From NCBI GenBank assembly GCA_964187785.1, contig OZ076409.1, positions 90,274,001 through 90,337,866 of the forward strand: 63,866 bases of DNA, read 5' to 3'. This stretch comes from Amphiscolops sp. MND2022. Lineage: Eukaryota. The notes beneath the pieces were generated by a model that had not been told where the DNA came from, ran no database searches, and saw only the letters and a program-made list of their open reading frames with translations. Position 1 is the stretch's first letter, and every line of letters starts with the position of its first letter. The position numbers and the translations under genes were made by a program. Below, one piece after another: positions 1-11,768 of this stretch.

Positions 1-392
1 CAAGGAAATTACGTCCAAGGAAATTACGCCCAAGGAAATTACGCGCAAACAGAAATTACGCCCAAGGAAATTAGGCTATTCAAAGCGAGTAGCAGCGATT
101 ATTTTCAGGTTATTATTTGAAGAGGTTAGCATATTTGTTGTATGGCTCGGTCGCTTCGCTCCCTTCGCTAGGTAGCAACATTGAGGCACGGCCATATGGC
201 ACGTCGCTTCGCTCCTGCATTTAGGGCACTAGGGGTATGTGAGCATAGCTGATTACATTGTCGTAATTTCATTGGGCATAAATTACGTTCGGGCGTAATT
301 TCCTTGGGCGTAATTTCCTTGGGCGTAATTTCCTTGGGCGTAATTTCCTTGGGCGTAATTTCCTTGGGCGTAATTTCCTTGGGCGTAATTTC
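1..392. repeat. Inverted pair of 15-bp minisatellite arrays (GGAAATTACGCCCAA at 1-72, complement at ~290-392); foldback/MITE-like, left end outside the window
   Basis: Direct inspection; explains the repetitive ITPKE/GVISL/LRPRK ORFs. Confidence 0.8.
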
Positions 393-1244
393 CGGACACC
401 ATATTTTGGATAGCACGAATCTTGAGCAAAAATTTTCGTTTTCTGATTTTTCACTTACGCATGACAAGAACCTGTCAATCAAATCAATGCTAAGACAAAT
501 TAGACAGTAGGTATCAAAGTTCCTTTGCTAATTGGTTAATTATTATGAGACGCTTTTAAAAAATTAACATGTAAATGTGGGATGAAATGAATGTGGGATG
601 AAACGAACGTACACCCATTTTAGCCCGTACCAGTTTTCTCTCGTGCCCCGGAGCTGTTGGCAGATTGTCGGGTTAAGAAAGGTCGAGCATGAGACCGGAG
701 TACAGATTACATAGCAATCGAGTGGGATCGTGTCTACTCGACATCGAATGTTTTTATTTGAACGTTTTTCCCGATGGAACTTTTGACGTTATTCCTGCTC
801 GCTAAATCAAACCTTGCATTGGCTGTTAGCACTCACAACATATTGTGATAATAAATTTTAAAACCCTAGAGTAACAATCACTAACAAAAACATAGTTTTG
901 GGCGAGACCCAGAAAGTGTTTACTAATTTGTTAATCCACAATGTTCTTTGACACTTTCATAGTATCTTGTTCATTTTGTTGTAAGTAAACAAATGCTTTC
1001 TGTCAGCCCTTTGGCTTTCAACACCTTCAGTGAATTTCGTCAATTGGAAAACAATACATCGAGGTTCAGGTGTTTCGAACTGTCAGTATATCGTAAACTA
1101 TATCGCCTGGTGGCATTTTGACTCAACGTTGAAAAACGGTATTATGTTCTGATAATGATATACGATATGATGAAGGTTTTCTATGCAAAGTAGAAATTTG
1201 AATAAGCAACTGGATGAAACTGTATTCGCTGAAAGGGTTTAGTA

Positions 1245-3083
1245 TCATTTCACCCCACGTTCATTTCACCCCATATCATTTCACCCCATGTCATTTCACC
1301 CCACATTCATTTCACCCCAGGTTCATTTCACCTCAGGTTCATTTCACCCCAAATTCATTTCACCCCACGTTCATTTCACCCCACATTTAAATTATCAAAT
1401 GCGTCTCAGATTAATTACTAAAGCCACCCAATTTCAATCTTAGCGCTAATAGAAAAGCGTCTTGAATCTAATTACCAATTAAATAAGCAAGCGATGCTTT
1501 CTATGTGAACCACAAATTCGAAACCGAATAGTTTCACTTATCGGAATTGTAATACTAATCTGAACAAGGCGCTGAAAAATTATTTTTTTCAATGAATCAA
1601 AATCTACAATTATGGATGCTGCGAATCTGCAGCAACAATTTCCTATTCCGTTTTCGTACGACAAAAAATTTCCTGCAGGCCAGAAACCTCAAAGACAGTA
1701 GGTCATCAAAGTTTAATTGTTAATTAACGTGAGACGCTTTTGTATACTTAAAATATGGTGTGAAATGAGAGTGGGGTGAAACGAATGTGGAGTGAATTGA
1801 ACGCACACCCTTTTCTTGCTTTTCCTGAATTTAGGATGTAGTGAAACAAACGCACTCAGGTGAAATTGTAAGTTAGCTATCAAAACCTTTAAAATAAAAG
1901 CCAAACTTAAAGATGTGACCGGCTATCAAAAAAGAAGTTAATCGCCAGCGTCTGAAGTTAGAGAATTGCCATTTCACCCCTCTCTATGAAAGAAAACTAA
2001 ATTTTGTGAATTTACTAAAAATTACTTATTTTGTTAGTTTGCAGTGTTTCCTGCAACGAAACGTGTAACGAGTTAGGATTTATATCACCTGGCTTGTCCA
2101 AAAAGCACAGTATAAGCTTTCAGTTTCGACAAACGTCATGCTTACAATTGCCAGTTGCTCGCTACAACTGCGCCAAACAATTTGTTTTAGATGTTTCAAT
2201 ATAACGTTCTTCTTCGAAAAGAAGTCGCCCCCGAATATACGCTGCCTCCGATTAGAAACCGCATTACGCCTGAAAATTCTATCTTGAAAGCCATAGCTTA
2301 CCATATTTCTTCGAATATAGACGGCGAAATCACTGCGGAAAAAATTTACAAGCCGCGGCCTGTATTCGAAGAGATACAGTCATTATGCAGTAGCGTTTTT
2401 TAAATATCGCAACTCCATTGCTTAAAATTGCCATTTTCAACTCCGAATATCTTGAAAACTGTTGCGAATACAAAAATTTGTCAGCTAGGAAAGTTTCTTA
2501 GAATTTTTTGCAGTTTACTTAAATGTTCGCTTGAATTTTCTACGACTCATATTGAGAATGTTGGAAATGGTTAATTTTGGGAAATTTTAATGACGTTTGA
2601 GTTTTTATCGGAATTGTCAGATTCCCCAGAATTAAAATTCATTTATCGGAATTGTAATACTTCTGAAAAAGGCGCTGAAAAAAACTTGTTTCTTCTGTCA
2701 ATCAAAATTTACAATTATGGATGTTGCGAATCTTCAACGAAAAATTTCTTATTCGGTGTTTCTACGGCAAAAAAATCCCACAGGTCAGAAACTGACAATC
2801 AAATCAAAGCTGACTCAAAACAGTAGGCATCAAAGTTTAATTGCTAATTGGTTAATTAAGGCGAGACGCTTTTGTATGATTACAATATGGTGTGAAGTGA
2901 AAATGAGGTGAAATGAACGTGGGGTGAAATGATTGTGGGGTGAAATGAATGTGGGGTGAAATGAATGTGGGGTGAAATGAATGTGGGGTGAAATGAACGT
3001 GGGGTGAAATGAATGTGGGGTGAAATGATATGGGGTGAAGTGATATGGGGTGAAATGATTTTGGGGTGAAATGAACGCACACC
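1245..3083. mobile_element. Foldback-type composite element with inverted ~20-bp ATTTCACCCCAC arrays (1245-1385 and 2888-3083; partial copies at ~576-615 and ~1757-1810)
   Basis: Oppositely oriented arrays; internal segments ~1540-1745 and ~2645-2875 resemble each other; no coding capacity. Confidence 0.6.
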
Positions 3084-3161
3084 GCTGAAAGTTTTTAGTA
3101 GCTAAATTTGAATGTGATCTTTAAAATTTGGTTTTCTTTGACCTGGGTAGCAAATACTTAC

Positions 3162-3697
3162 ATTCAAAAGTAGATCCAACGTCCAGGCAAACAAACGAGT
3201 CCTGACAATGTTGGCCACTTTTTCCGCAAAATGATTCAAGATCACAATTTTTTCCATAAAAAGCGTTCGGACAGTTTGCACATTTGTAATCATTGAAGCC
3301 ATCTTCACAAGTAGCCCCATTCTGGCACGGGTCAGAGGTCAAACTAGCACATATGACGTCATTAATGCAGCCTTCTTCCACATTTGTTTGGGTCACTGTT
3401 GCAGCTTGTGATGAGATGTCCAGGGTCACTGATAATGGCTGCTGGTCCTCAATTCCGATTTCAACTGCACTCAAGCATCCTTTGAACTTTTGATCCGTTT
3501 TCAGGTTCAAATTTGTCAATGCAGTGGATTCTGGGGTTCCAAGTATTATTTTCTGTAACCGATTTGCAGATGGATTCCAAGTCTTTATGGTGGAAATGAA
3601 TTTGAAGTCGTCTACGAGTATTGCAACTTCAGTGCTGGTTATGGAAATCTTAATACCATATTCTAGACCGTCAGATAAACGTTTCCAGTAGGGGACT
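3162..3697 (-). CDS. Host exon: C-terminal half of a laminin G domain plus EGF repeats (Crumbs-like / LamG-EGF protein)
   Basis: FKGCLS LamG end, EEGC, EGF CxSDPCQNGATCEDGFNDYKCANCPNAFYGKNC; acceptor tgttttAG at 3699-3698; phase-1 donor GTAAGT at 3161. Confidence 0.85.
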
Positions 3698-3866
3698 CTA
3701 AAACACAATAGGAGTCTGTTTAAATTCACAGGAAGATGTGCTGTGTGGTAAGTTTCGAGTTAATTTTGAAAAAATATACATTTTTTCTTCAGCATCACAC
3801 TGCAGTGTTTACTTTTTTTGCTCATCTTCTTTCATTGTTGTATATAAAACGCAGTTTAAACGCTTC

Positions 3867-5788
3867 TGTGAAGTGCCTGCTTAGATTGTTACGGTGCTTG
3901 TTAAGTTAGTAGGAAAATTGATGAATCTATATCTCTCTTCCAATTAGCGGAAGCTTCAAAATTAGTGATTTTTCTTCCTTCAGTTTTTCTCTTTGAATTT
4001 CGGTAGTTATAAGCCTCAATTATTGTCTAATTTGTAAACTCTTAGTTCACTTCCCTTCTATTTTCTTGACTGAAAACTGAAATTATACTCCTACTTAAAA
4101 TTTTCATTTAATGCCTTCCAGCACTTACACAAAGGAAATTTCAAGTTTGAGTTCAAACGGAAGGACTTTATTTTTGCGACCCGGGAAAAAAGATTGTTTG
4201 GGTTCAGAAATAGGTGAATTGAACCTTTCTCTATTCATACTAAAATTGTAATAAATATCAGTTATACAAAAGCAAAACAAACAAATTAGGCTAAATAAAC
4301 AAAATACAACTAAATCTGGTTTAATATCAATCTTTAAATGAAATAAGTTAAGTTGCTAGGAAAAGGTTATTGAATTAAGTTATCAAGAAATAAGCTGTAA
4401 AGTTTTTATTATGTTTTGTTTTATTAAGTCTGAGGTTAGGCCTCTTTTCTAAAGTGCAGCTAATAGCTTGCACGGTGTTTATAGTCCACCGATTGTCACG
4501 GACTGGGAAAGATAGCGAATTGCTATTCTTTGGTTTTAGAACAACGCTTCGTTGTACTGTTTTTATAGAGCGCTATACGGCTACTCTTTGTCTCAAGTTG
4601 AGAACAGTCCGACTTGAAGAGTCAGACAATAGCTAAGTTGTTTAAGTCTCTTATAACCCAGCAGAGGCTGTGGTTTATAGTTTAGAGTCAGTGAATATCA
4701 CCAGACTTTGGTTTAGAGTCCACTATAAAGCAGGGACTATTCAATCTTTGTTGAACAAAGACGGTATAATAGCTTCTGTTCGAAGTCAAAAGTCAAGTGA
4801 AACTCCAACGTAAGAGAATGATTGCTCTAGCTTGAGAGCAGACTTGAAATTGTTTTGGCTCGGAAATAGTGTTGAAAATTGTCTAAGTCAGAATTTGCTT
4901 CAGCTAGGAAGCAGGCTTGACAAAAGTATAAGTTAACTTTGCTTTACTTGAAGCAGTGTTGAAAATCGTCTAAGACAAAATTTGCTTCAGCTAGGAAGCA
5001 GGCTTGGCAAAAGTATAAGTTAGATTTGCTTTACTTGAAGCAGTATTGAAAATCGTCTAAGACAAAATTTGCTTCAGCTAGGAAGCAGGCTTGACAAAAG
5101 TATAAGTTAAATTTGCTTTACTTGAAGCAGTGTTGAAAATCGTCTAAGACAAAATTGAGCCAAGACTTGTAAAATTTTATGAAATACTGATTTAAGTTTA
5201 AGTTAAGAAAAAGACTTAGAAAAATGAAAGTGAAAGTGAAAGCTCCGAAAAGAAAATTGAAAAGATTTTAACTAACAAATACTGCGCCGCGCTGATGATG
5301 GGAGTCGAACTCGTGCAAAGAGATTGAGAGGTTGGAGTGGTCGGGTTTGTCGATTTAGTATTATTCCAAAAGAAGAGCTCTGAGAGTTGAAAATTTGCTC
5401 TGCTTTTATACTAAATTTGACCGCTTCGTCAGCCAATAAAATCGAATCACTATCGTGATTGGCTAACGAGCATGACGTCATATGACGTCAAGCCAAATGA
5501 CTATACAAACGAAAGTGTTCTGTATGTGTTATTCGTAGGCGTAGCGTCCACGACAAAATGATGTCATTTGACGTCATGACCAAATAAGGAATGCGTGCAG
5601 CATTGCTGAACAAGGGAGTGGACACGTTCGAGCGTGTTCAAAATTCAGAGCTGAGCGGGAAAATAACAGAGATGAAACTGCGCAAGTTACAACAGACAAA
5701 ATTATATATTACAAGTTTTGAGTTTACTTCTTTTTGTGTTTTCACGGTAAGTTTCTTTCTTTTTATTTGCTATAAGTCGCACACGACA
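3867..5788 (-). repeat. 3' LTR (1,922 bp)
   Basis: Direct repeat of 20703-22624 with about 13 substitutions counted by eye. Confidence 0.97.
4868..5156. repeat. 87-bp tandem repeat (~3.3 units) inside the LTR; second copy at ~21704-21992
   Basis: TTGAAAAT(C/T)GTCTAAG recurs at ~4871, 4958, 5045 and 5132. Confidence 0.9.
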
Positions 5789-5846
5789 TCTCACCCGGGT
5801 TTCAAGATTGAAGAAATTGTAAAGGGGGTACACAGGTTGTTGGCAT

Positions 5847-7308
5847 TCATGTTGATTCTTCTAGATTGACTTCGATGAACATAGTGTCATTTAGAAAGAA
5901 AGGGGAGTTGCTTCTGAAGAGTTGGCTGTGTGGGATCAGGAAGGGGAAGCATATGCTCGGGTTCCCGTAGCTTGTACAAGGTCGTATGAAGCAGGCTGAA
6001 TTTTGGTTGTCTTTTGGGTCTACTATTTTTGTCCAGGTATCACTGGGCTCACTCAAATTGATTACATTAATTCGGAAAATTAGTTTAAAAGGCTAAGAGA
6101 GGATTGGGTCGAATTCACCAGGAAGGATATTGATGACTAGTGAAGCGCTTTCTCCAGTGGCAGGAGAACATCCATAAGGGTAAAGTTTCATATCAAAGCG
6201 GTACCCGTGGGTTGAAGTGTAAAATGGAGGGCTGTGAAAATTACAAGGTATTTTGGGGTGTGGATCGACGCCTTTTTGCCTTTCTAGTTCAGCAGTCTTT
6301 GCGTTATCAAACATAAGGCTGAAGGAGCTAATTCTCCAGATTAGCTTTTTGTCTCTTCCACAGTCAATGCTGTGAATACGATCATAAAGATCCATTGTTA
6401 GTCTTTTGAGTGGCTTCAATTCAGCAAGTTGTTTTTGAGTATCTATTGATTCGGGTTCAGTTGAAGGAGGGGTAAGGGGAGAAGTATTTACAGGTGATTC
6501 TACTGGGTGTGTTATAGTTAACTTCTCGTGAATGAAAGTCTGAAGGGTTTGAATACTAGTTTGGAGTTGCTGAATACTTCTATCTTGTTGTCTCCGTAGA
6601 TTTCTTTCATGTTCCAGTTGTTCGGAAAGGTTTGCAACTTGTAGTTGTGTTGCATGCAGGTATTGTGCATTTTTGAGGTTGCTTATTGGGAACTTGCTAA
6701 TGAGCATCTTCATCTGGGTGCGGTCGTCGTTGGTGCATGTAGGTTGGCTGAGACTTGTTATTTGATTTTGTAGTGTTGTAATTTCATTTTCCATGGCGGC
6801 TAATCTAAGGTTGAGTTCTTCTAATAATTGTTTCCTCATTTTGTTTTCAAATGAAAGCAGAGATAGCCCGAAGGGGTACTGATAGTCTCTGGTTCTTAAG
6901 AATGGTGTTTTCAATAGTAAATTCTTGTCTTCTTGAATCCCAGAAAATAATTTTCCACTGATTGACGTCTTCTCTCAGTGTGTAGTTAAGGTTGTAATGA
7001 AATCTGGGGTTTCTCGTTTTTGAATATTTTTGGGCGGCTTCTTCACTTTTCTTTTGTTTTTCAAGTGCTTGTCTCAACGAGTATTGAGTTTTCTTCTTTT
7101 TGATACTACCGTTAAAGATAAATGTATTAGGACGGTTTGGAGGGGTAATAGTGCCTTCTAAGAGAGTTTGAGTAAGTGGTTGTTGAGGAATAGGAGATTC
7201 AGCTGAGGTGATATCAAACATAGGAAAATCAAGTATATCTTTCTCTGTTAGGGTTTCTTTTGAGAGAAGAAGTTCCAGATCTGACGAGAGAGAAGTGTGG
7301 TCGGTCAT
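5847..7308 (-). pseudogene. TRAF-like gene: unique N-terminus, coiled coil, MATH/TRAF-C domain; frame break at ~6850 and in-frame TAG at 6093
   Basis: LIWRISSF, FHSPPFYTSTHGYRF..KLYPYG, PGEFDPILS*PF (expected WPF), FLNDTMFIEV. Confidence 0.85.
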
Positions 7309-7314
7309 TCTTTG

Positions 7315-9466
7315 CTAAAATAGAGTACAAAAATAAATGGGAGATATTGTATCTAAACGATTAGTAGGTGCTAGACGGTTTATGATAGGGTAGATGTGTT
7401 CGGAGGCATCTTGGTTGTCAGTGCTGAATGTTGTCATTGGAATGTCTTTTGTTGGAGGGCTGAACATTGAATGAAAAATTGAAACCATGAAGAGATTGTA
7501 AGTTGCAGACAGTAGGATTTTACCAAATCCAATAGATGCGCCAGTAAGTCGGTGTATCTCGAATGCTCTGACGATAGTTACTGCCACATCAATAATTAAT
7601 TTTATAAAAAGGAAAACTGCAAACCAAATACCACATTTTTCTAGCCAATATCCAATTGTGCCAATTGTTTGTCTAAATTTGCTTTCGAAGTAACCAGGAG
7701 ATATCATGTTATCAACAAAGAAATCCATTTTGGGTGCGTAGTATGTATATCCTTCAGGTCTTTTTTTGATTGTGAAGGAACAATGAGCTTTCTTGTGAAT
7801 TTTTGTAAAGCGTTCTTTGATGCAGAACTCATGAGTATGTTGTCCCAAAATTCAGTTAGCTGGCCTCTCGTGTACATTCCAGCGTTGATTGATTGAGGAA
7901 ACTGATCCCTTGTGAATGGTGCCACATCTTTTGGTGAAAAGATAGCAGGTCTATCTCTATGTGTGATTTGTGGTGTTAGTGAAAACCAAGAGTTCTTGTC
8001 GTCCATATCCATTTGAAAAAGGATTTTAATGTGATCCGAACAGTTCTGAGGCATTGCATCAGGTAAAATTTGCCTTGTGATGGGATCTACAAACTTGATT
8101 TGTCCTTTGTAGAAGATAGGTATTTTATCGTAGCACTCGTTCATCGTATGAGGAGGTGATCTGACTAGGGGACAAGAGTAAAGCCATGCAAGGCTTCCAT
8201 CAGTTTCTAAGAACATTGATCTGTTTCCAGTCAACATATATCCAGCTAGTCTTGAGTTCTCAAGTGAAAGCATCAGAATAGTGAGTATGTGCGATCGTTC
8301 TTGTTCACACTGATTTTTTAAAAGATGAAGTTCTGAGGCTTTGAGTGCTCTGGAGCTCTCAAAGAAAAGGTAGTCCAGTTTAGTTCCCTGTTGTAATTCG
8401 TAGTCCATGTTCAACCATGTTCCATAGTATGGGTCTGATTGATAGTTACTAGCAACCCAGAGTTTACTATGGCCTGGGTCATCTCTTTCTTGATCATTAG
8501 GGGAATAGTGCATCTTGTGGACTTTGTCTTCTTGTTGAATCATATTTCGTCCTGTTTTCATGTCAAATCCACCATAAAGGATAGCAACAAACAAAGATTC
8601 ATAGGTTGTAGGATATACATCTGATGGTTTATTACAAAAGTTTTTGTGGTCTGTTTTTGATTTCAAAGAGATATTTGTTTTCTGAATCGTTCTTGCTAAC
8701 AATATAGTATTGATCGTCATTTTTGATCATATTTACGTATTCCTCTTTCAGTACGGTGAGAATACAATTATCTGGATTATCCCATACATAAGCATATGTG
8801 TCAAGAGAAGTGCTGTCACATCCCAGTTCGTCTAGCTTGCAGGGTAGAGGTTGTCCATTTCTATTCATTATAGTCCCGTCTCTGAGTTTGACGTTCAGAG
8901 TAATATCTTGGATGTGAGTTTCAAAAGTGTCTTTTTCAATCCATTCAAAACCATCGCATTCATTTTTAAATGTGTCGTCTGCATCGCCATTCCATCTAAG
9001 ATGTTGTTCAATAATCCCTTTCTTCATTGTAATTTGATGATTTAGTAAAGTTATTGGTGATCCTTCAGCTGCAAGTCTGCATTGTGCAGGCGATAAATCG
9101 AGATAGGAGGTAATAGTCTTTTGTTTGATATCGATACTGGAATGGTCATGCATTCCACAATAGAATGTTTCTTTGATGTTTGACGCTGCATATGGTAGCA
9201 TTAATTTCTGTTCGAAAATGTTTCGTGTACATCTTGATTTTGGCATAGCTCATGTCTATGTTCTCAGGAGCCACGTTGCAGGGTTTGACTTGGTTGAGAG
9301 AGTAGAGATTGTTTTCTGACATTTCACTGCAATCGTAATGTGAGACTGTGACTGTAGGTGCGATATCATCCAGTATGGGCTGCTTCTTGTCGGCGTAGAT
9401 GAGATTTATTGAAAGCATCAAAATGGGAATAACAAAATATTTACAGTATATCTTTTCACTATCCAT
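7315..9466 (-). pseudogene. env: Env-like glycoprotein (~715 aa reconstructed), chuvirus-G-like; three frameshifts (~9165, ~8640, ~7765)
   Basis: Signal peptide, HYDC, Cys-rich ectodomain, QCEQER helix, CYDKIPI..FVDPITR, AGMYT, C-terminal TM segment. Confidence 0.8.
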
Positions 9467-9740
9467 TATCTACTAATGAAAACGGTACTCCGAAAATACT
9501 ATAAAGGTTTAGGAATAGAAAGGTAGGCTTGCTAACCTTGAAATGAAGTGAATGTTTTGCTTTCGATGAAGCAATGACAAGAGCAGCTTTGCTTTCAATA
9601 GAGCAGCGAGAAATCTGTAGCACTTGGCAATACAGATGATTTGTTCAATTTGAACTGAAAAGAGAGCAAGAATGAATTCTGCTGAAAATTGACAATTTAG
9701 TCAAAGACAAGTGGATGATAGTCCTTTTCGTGAAAGGTTG

Positions 9741-10476
9741 TTGTAAATACACGTCTAAATACCGTGTCTTCCCGCTTAAGAAAAGTGTTCTGTTTGAAAC
9801 AGACAAAAGTGAGTAATAGCGAGGAGTTATTTATAGACGGCAGAGTTTGACACTTAGGTCTTTACCGTCTCTTCTTGCAAGGTAATGTAGCACACGTCTA
9901 AAAACCGTGTCTTCCTGCTAATAAAAGTGATCTCTTTGAGACCAAGAAGAAAGGAAAATAGGAGCAGGGAGTTATTTATAGACGGCAGTGATTGATACGG
10001 AGATCGTTACCGTCTCTTCTTGCCTGAGAAAAGAGAGTTAAAAAGAAGTTAAGTGGAGGCAAGGTTACACGTCCAAAACCCGTGTCTTCCAACCAAAAGA
10101 AAAAAGTGATCTGAATGGCCAGTTCAGAACAATGAGAAGAATGAAGGTAGGGAGTTATTTATACACGGCAGAGTTTGATGCAAACCGTCGTTTGATCGTT
10201 ACCGTGTCTTTGTCAAGCTTTGTGACAAAAATTGTAATATACGTCTATACACCGTATCTTCGTTGAGCTATGCAACGGAGTTATTTATACACGGCAGAGA
10301 TTGATACTGAGATCGTTACCGTGTCTTCTTGCAAGGATAAAATTGAATACGCACGTCCAAAACCCGTGCCTTCCTGCTAGAGAAAAGTGATCAATTTTAG
10401 ATCGATGAAAAATAAGAGGAGGGAGTTATTTATACACGGCAGAGTTTGATACTAAGATCGTTACCGTGTCTTGCAC
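9741..10476. ncRNA. Five diverged copies of a multi-hairpin structured motif upstream of env
   Basis: Copies start at ~9749, 9892, 10067, 10239 and 10351; compensatory changes in two stems. Confidence 0.65.
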
Positions 10477-10563
10477 CTGAAAAGAAGTAGTTGAGTAAAA
10501 ATTTAATTAGTCACAGTACACAGTATTAAAGGGGAAGAAAATAATAAAAAGTAGAGAACAGAT

Positions 10564-10962
10564 TTATTTTTGCAAGCTGAGGATTTCTTCTAGCCTTGAC
10601 TTGTAAAACTCTTCGAAGGGGCCAAGTCCAGATTCCATAAAGCAGGATAGTTCGTCCAAAAGGGGTAGGTCGAAGGTTTGAATTTCTAATGCTGAATTGT
10701 CTAAGTGGAGTGAGATGGCAATGGCTAATTCGGCAAAGAATTTAGTTTCTTCTTCTACTTTAATAAAGACTTTCGTCAGAGGGTCTAGTAGTTTATGTCC
10801 TTTTACTGTTAGCCAGAATTGGTGTTGGTATGACCACTGTAGTTGTTTTACTATTAATACTTCAGGGCTTTCGATGGGGTCGACTAGATTATAAATTGAT
10901 ACAGGTAGATAAAGTGAAATTGTCTCAATTTCGTCTTCTTCCCAGAGATTGTGGATGAACAT
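10564..10962 (-). CDS. Accessory ORF D (132 aa, unknown; distant paralog of B and C)
   Basis: EIETI..., IVKQLQWS, LPLLDEL align with the B/C motifs. Confidence 0.7.
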   Translation of the reverse strand: MFIHNLWEEDEIETISLYLPVSIYNLVDPIESPEVLIVKQLQWSYQHQFWLTVKGHKLLDPLTKVFIKVEEETKFFAELAIAISLHLDNSALEIQTFDLPLLDELSCFMESGLGPFEEFYKSRLEEILSLQK

Positions 10963-11091
10963 TTGGTGGTTTATTGTCGTTTTCGGGTTGAATTTTGAGG
11001 AGGTTGATTTCTAGGTGGTTGTGGGAGAATGAGTCTGATCCAAATTTGTCTAATGATTTCCTCGCGCAGACTGAAGCTCATTCGGTTTTCT

Positions 11092-11412
11092 TTATGCTGC
11101 TGTTGTGTCGGCTAGCTCTCCAAGGATATGGAGTTGAAATTGGGTGATGTGTGATTCTGGTTCTTCAGCGTAATTATCCAAAGCCTCAGATAGTTGTTCT
11201 CGGAGAAATCTATTACTAGCGATTTCTAAAGTGGAGACTTTGCTTTTATTATTTACAAGATGTATTGTTATCAAAATGAAACTGGGTTTAGTAAAAGACC
11301 ACTTGAGTTTGATGATATTGAAGTTTTCAGTGACGCCTGCTGGAGTAGTTATTTTAAACGGACAGTTGAAATTGACTTCTTCAATACATTCGTTATTAAG
11401 GTGAAAGTTCAT
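11092..11412 (-). CDS. Accessory ORF C (106 aa, unknown)
   Basis: Paralog of ORF B; starts 2 nt after the ORF B stop. Confidence 0.8.
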   Translation of the reverse strand: MNFHLNNECIEEVNFNCPFKITTPAGVTENFNIIKLKWSFTKPSFILITIHLVNNKSKVSTLEIASNRFLREQLSEALDNYAEEPESHITQFQLHILGELADTTAA

Positions 11413-11414
11413 AT

Positions 11415-11768
11415 CTAGCTGCTTTTGTCAGTGTTTTCTGGGTACATCAATGGGGTTATTGTATCAGTTAGTTCCCCAAGAACGTGGAGGTGATACTGTT
11501 CGACGTGTTGTTCAGGATTCCGAAGGTAATCGTTTAGTGCTTTAGAAAGTTGGATTTCAAGAAAACTATTTTCTGCGACTTCAAAGGTAGTTACTTTATT
11601 TTTGTTGCTAGTGGGGTGTAGTGTCACGGAGATGAAACAAGGTGATATTTGTGACCACCTAAGTTTGGTAATTATAAAGTTTTCGGAGTTGCCTGAAGGG
11701 GTTGTTAACTTCCAAGGGCAGTTGAATTCTACTTCATCAATTTCGCCTTCATCAAAAATTATGTCCAT
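11415..11768 (-). CDS. Accessory ORF B (117 aa, unknown)
   Basis: Clear paralog of ORF C (IxEVxFNCP.K.TTP.G..ENF.I.KL.WS ... LH.LGEL.DT). Confidence 0.8.
   Translation of the reverse strand: MDIIFDEGEIDEVEFNCPWKLTTPSGNSENFIITKLRWSQISPCFISVTLHPTSNKNKVTTFEVAENSFLEIQLSKALNDYLRNPEQHVEQYHLHVLGELTDTITPLMYPENTDKSS

Noticed and set aside
168..510. ORFs with ITPKE/GVISL/LRPRK repeats
   Set aside because: Translations of a 15-bp minisatellite open in several frames
2852..3082. His/Pro-rich ORFs
   Set aside because: Translations of the ATTTCACCCCAC array
4868..5156. CRISPR-like periodic repeat
   Set aside because: Whole 87-bp units repeat with no unique spacers; eukaryotic LTR context; no cas genes
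4454..5869. Short ORFs duplicated in both LTRs
   Set aside because: Identity reflects LTR duplication; no recognisable protein features
10170..10450. AGAGTTTGAT, matching the 16S rRNA 5' primer site
   Set aside because: Only 10 nt, part of the structured repeat; no rRNA sequence follows
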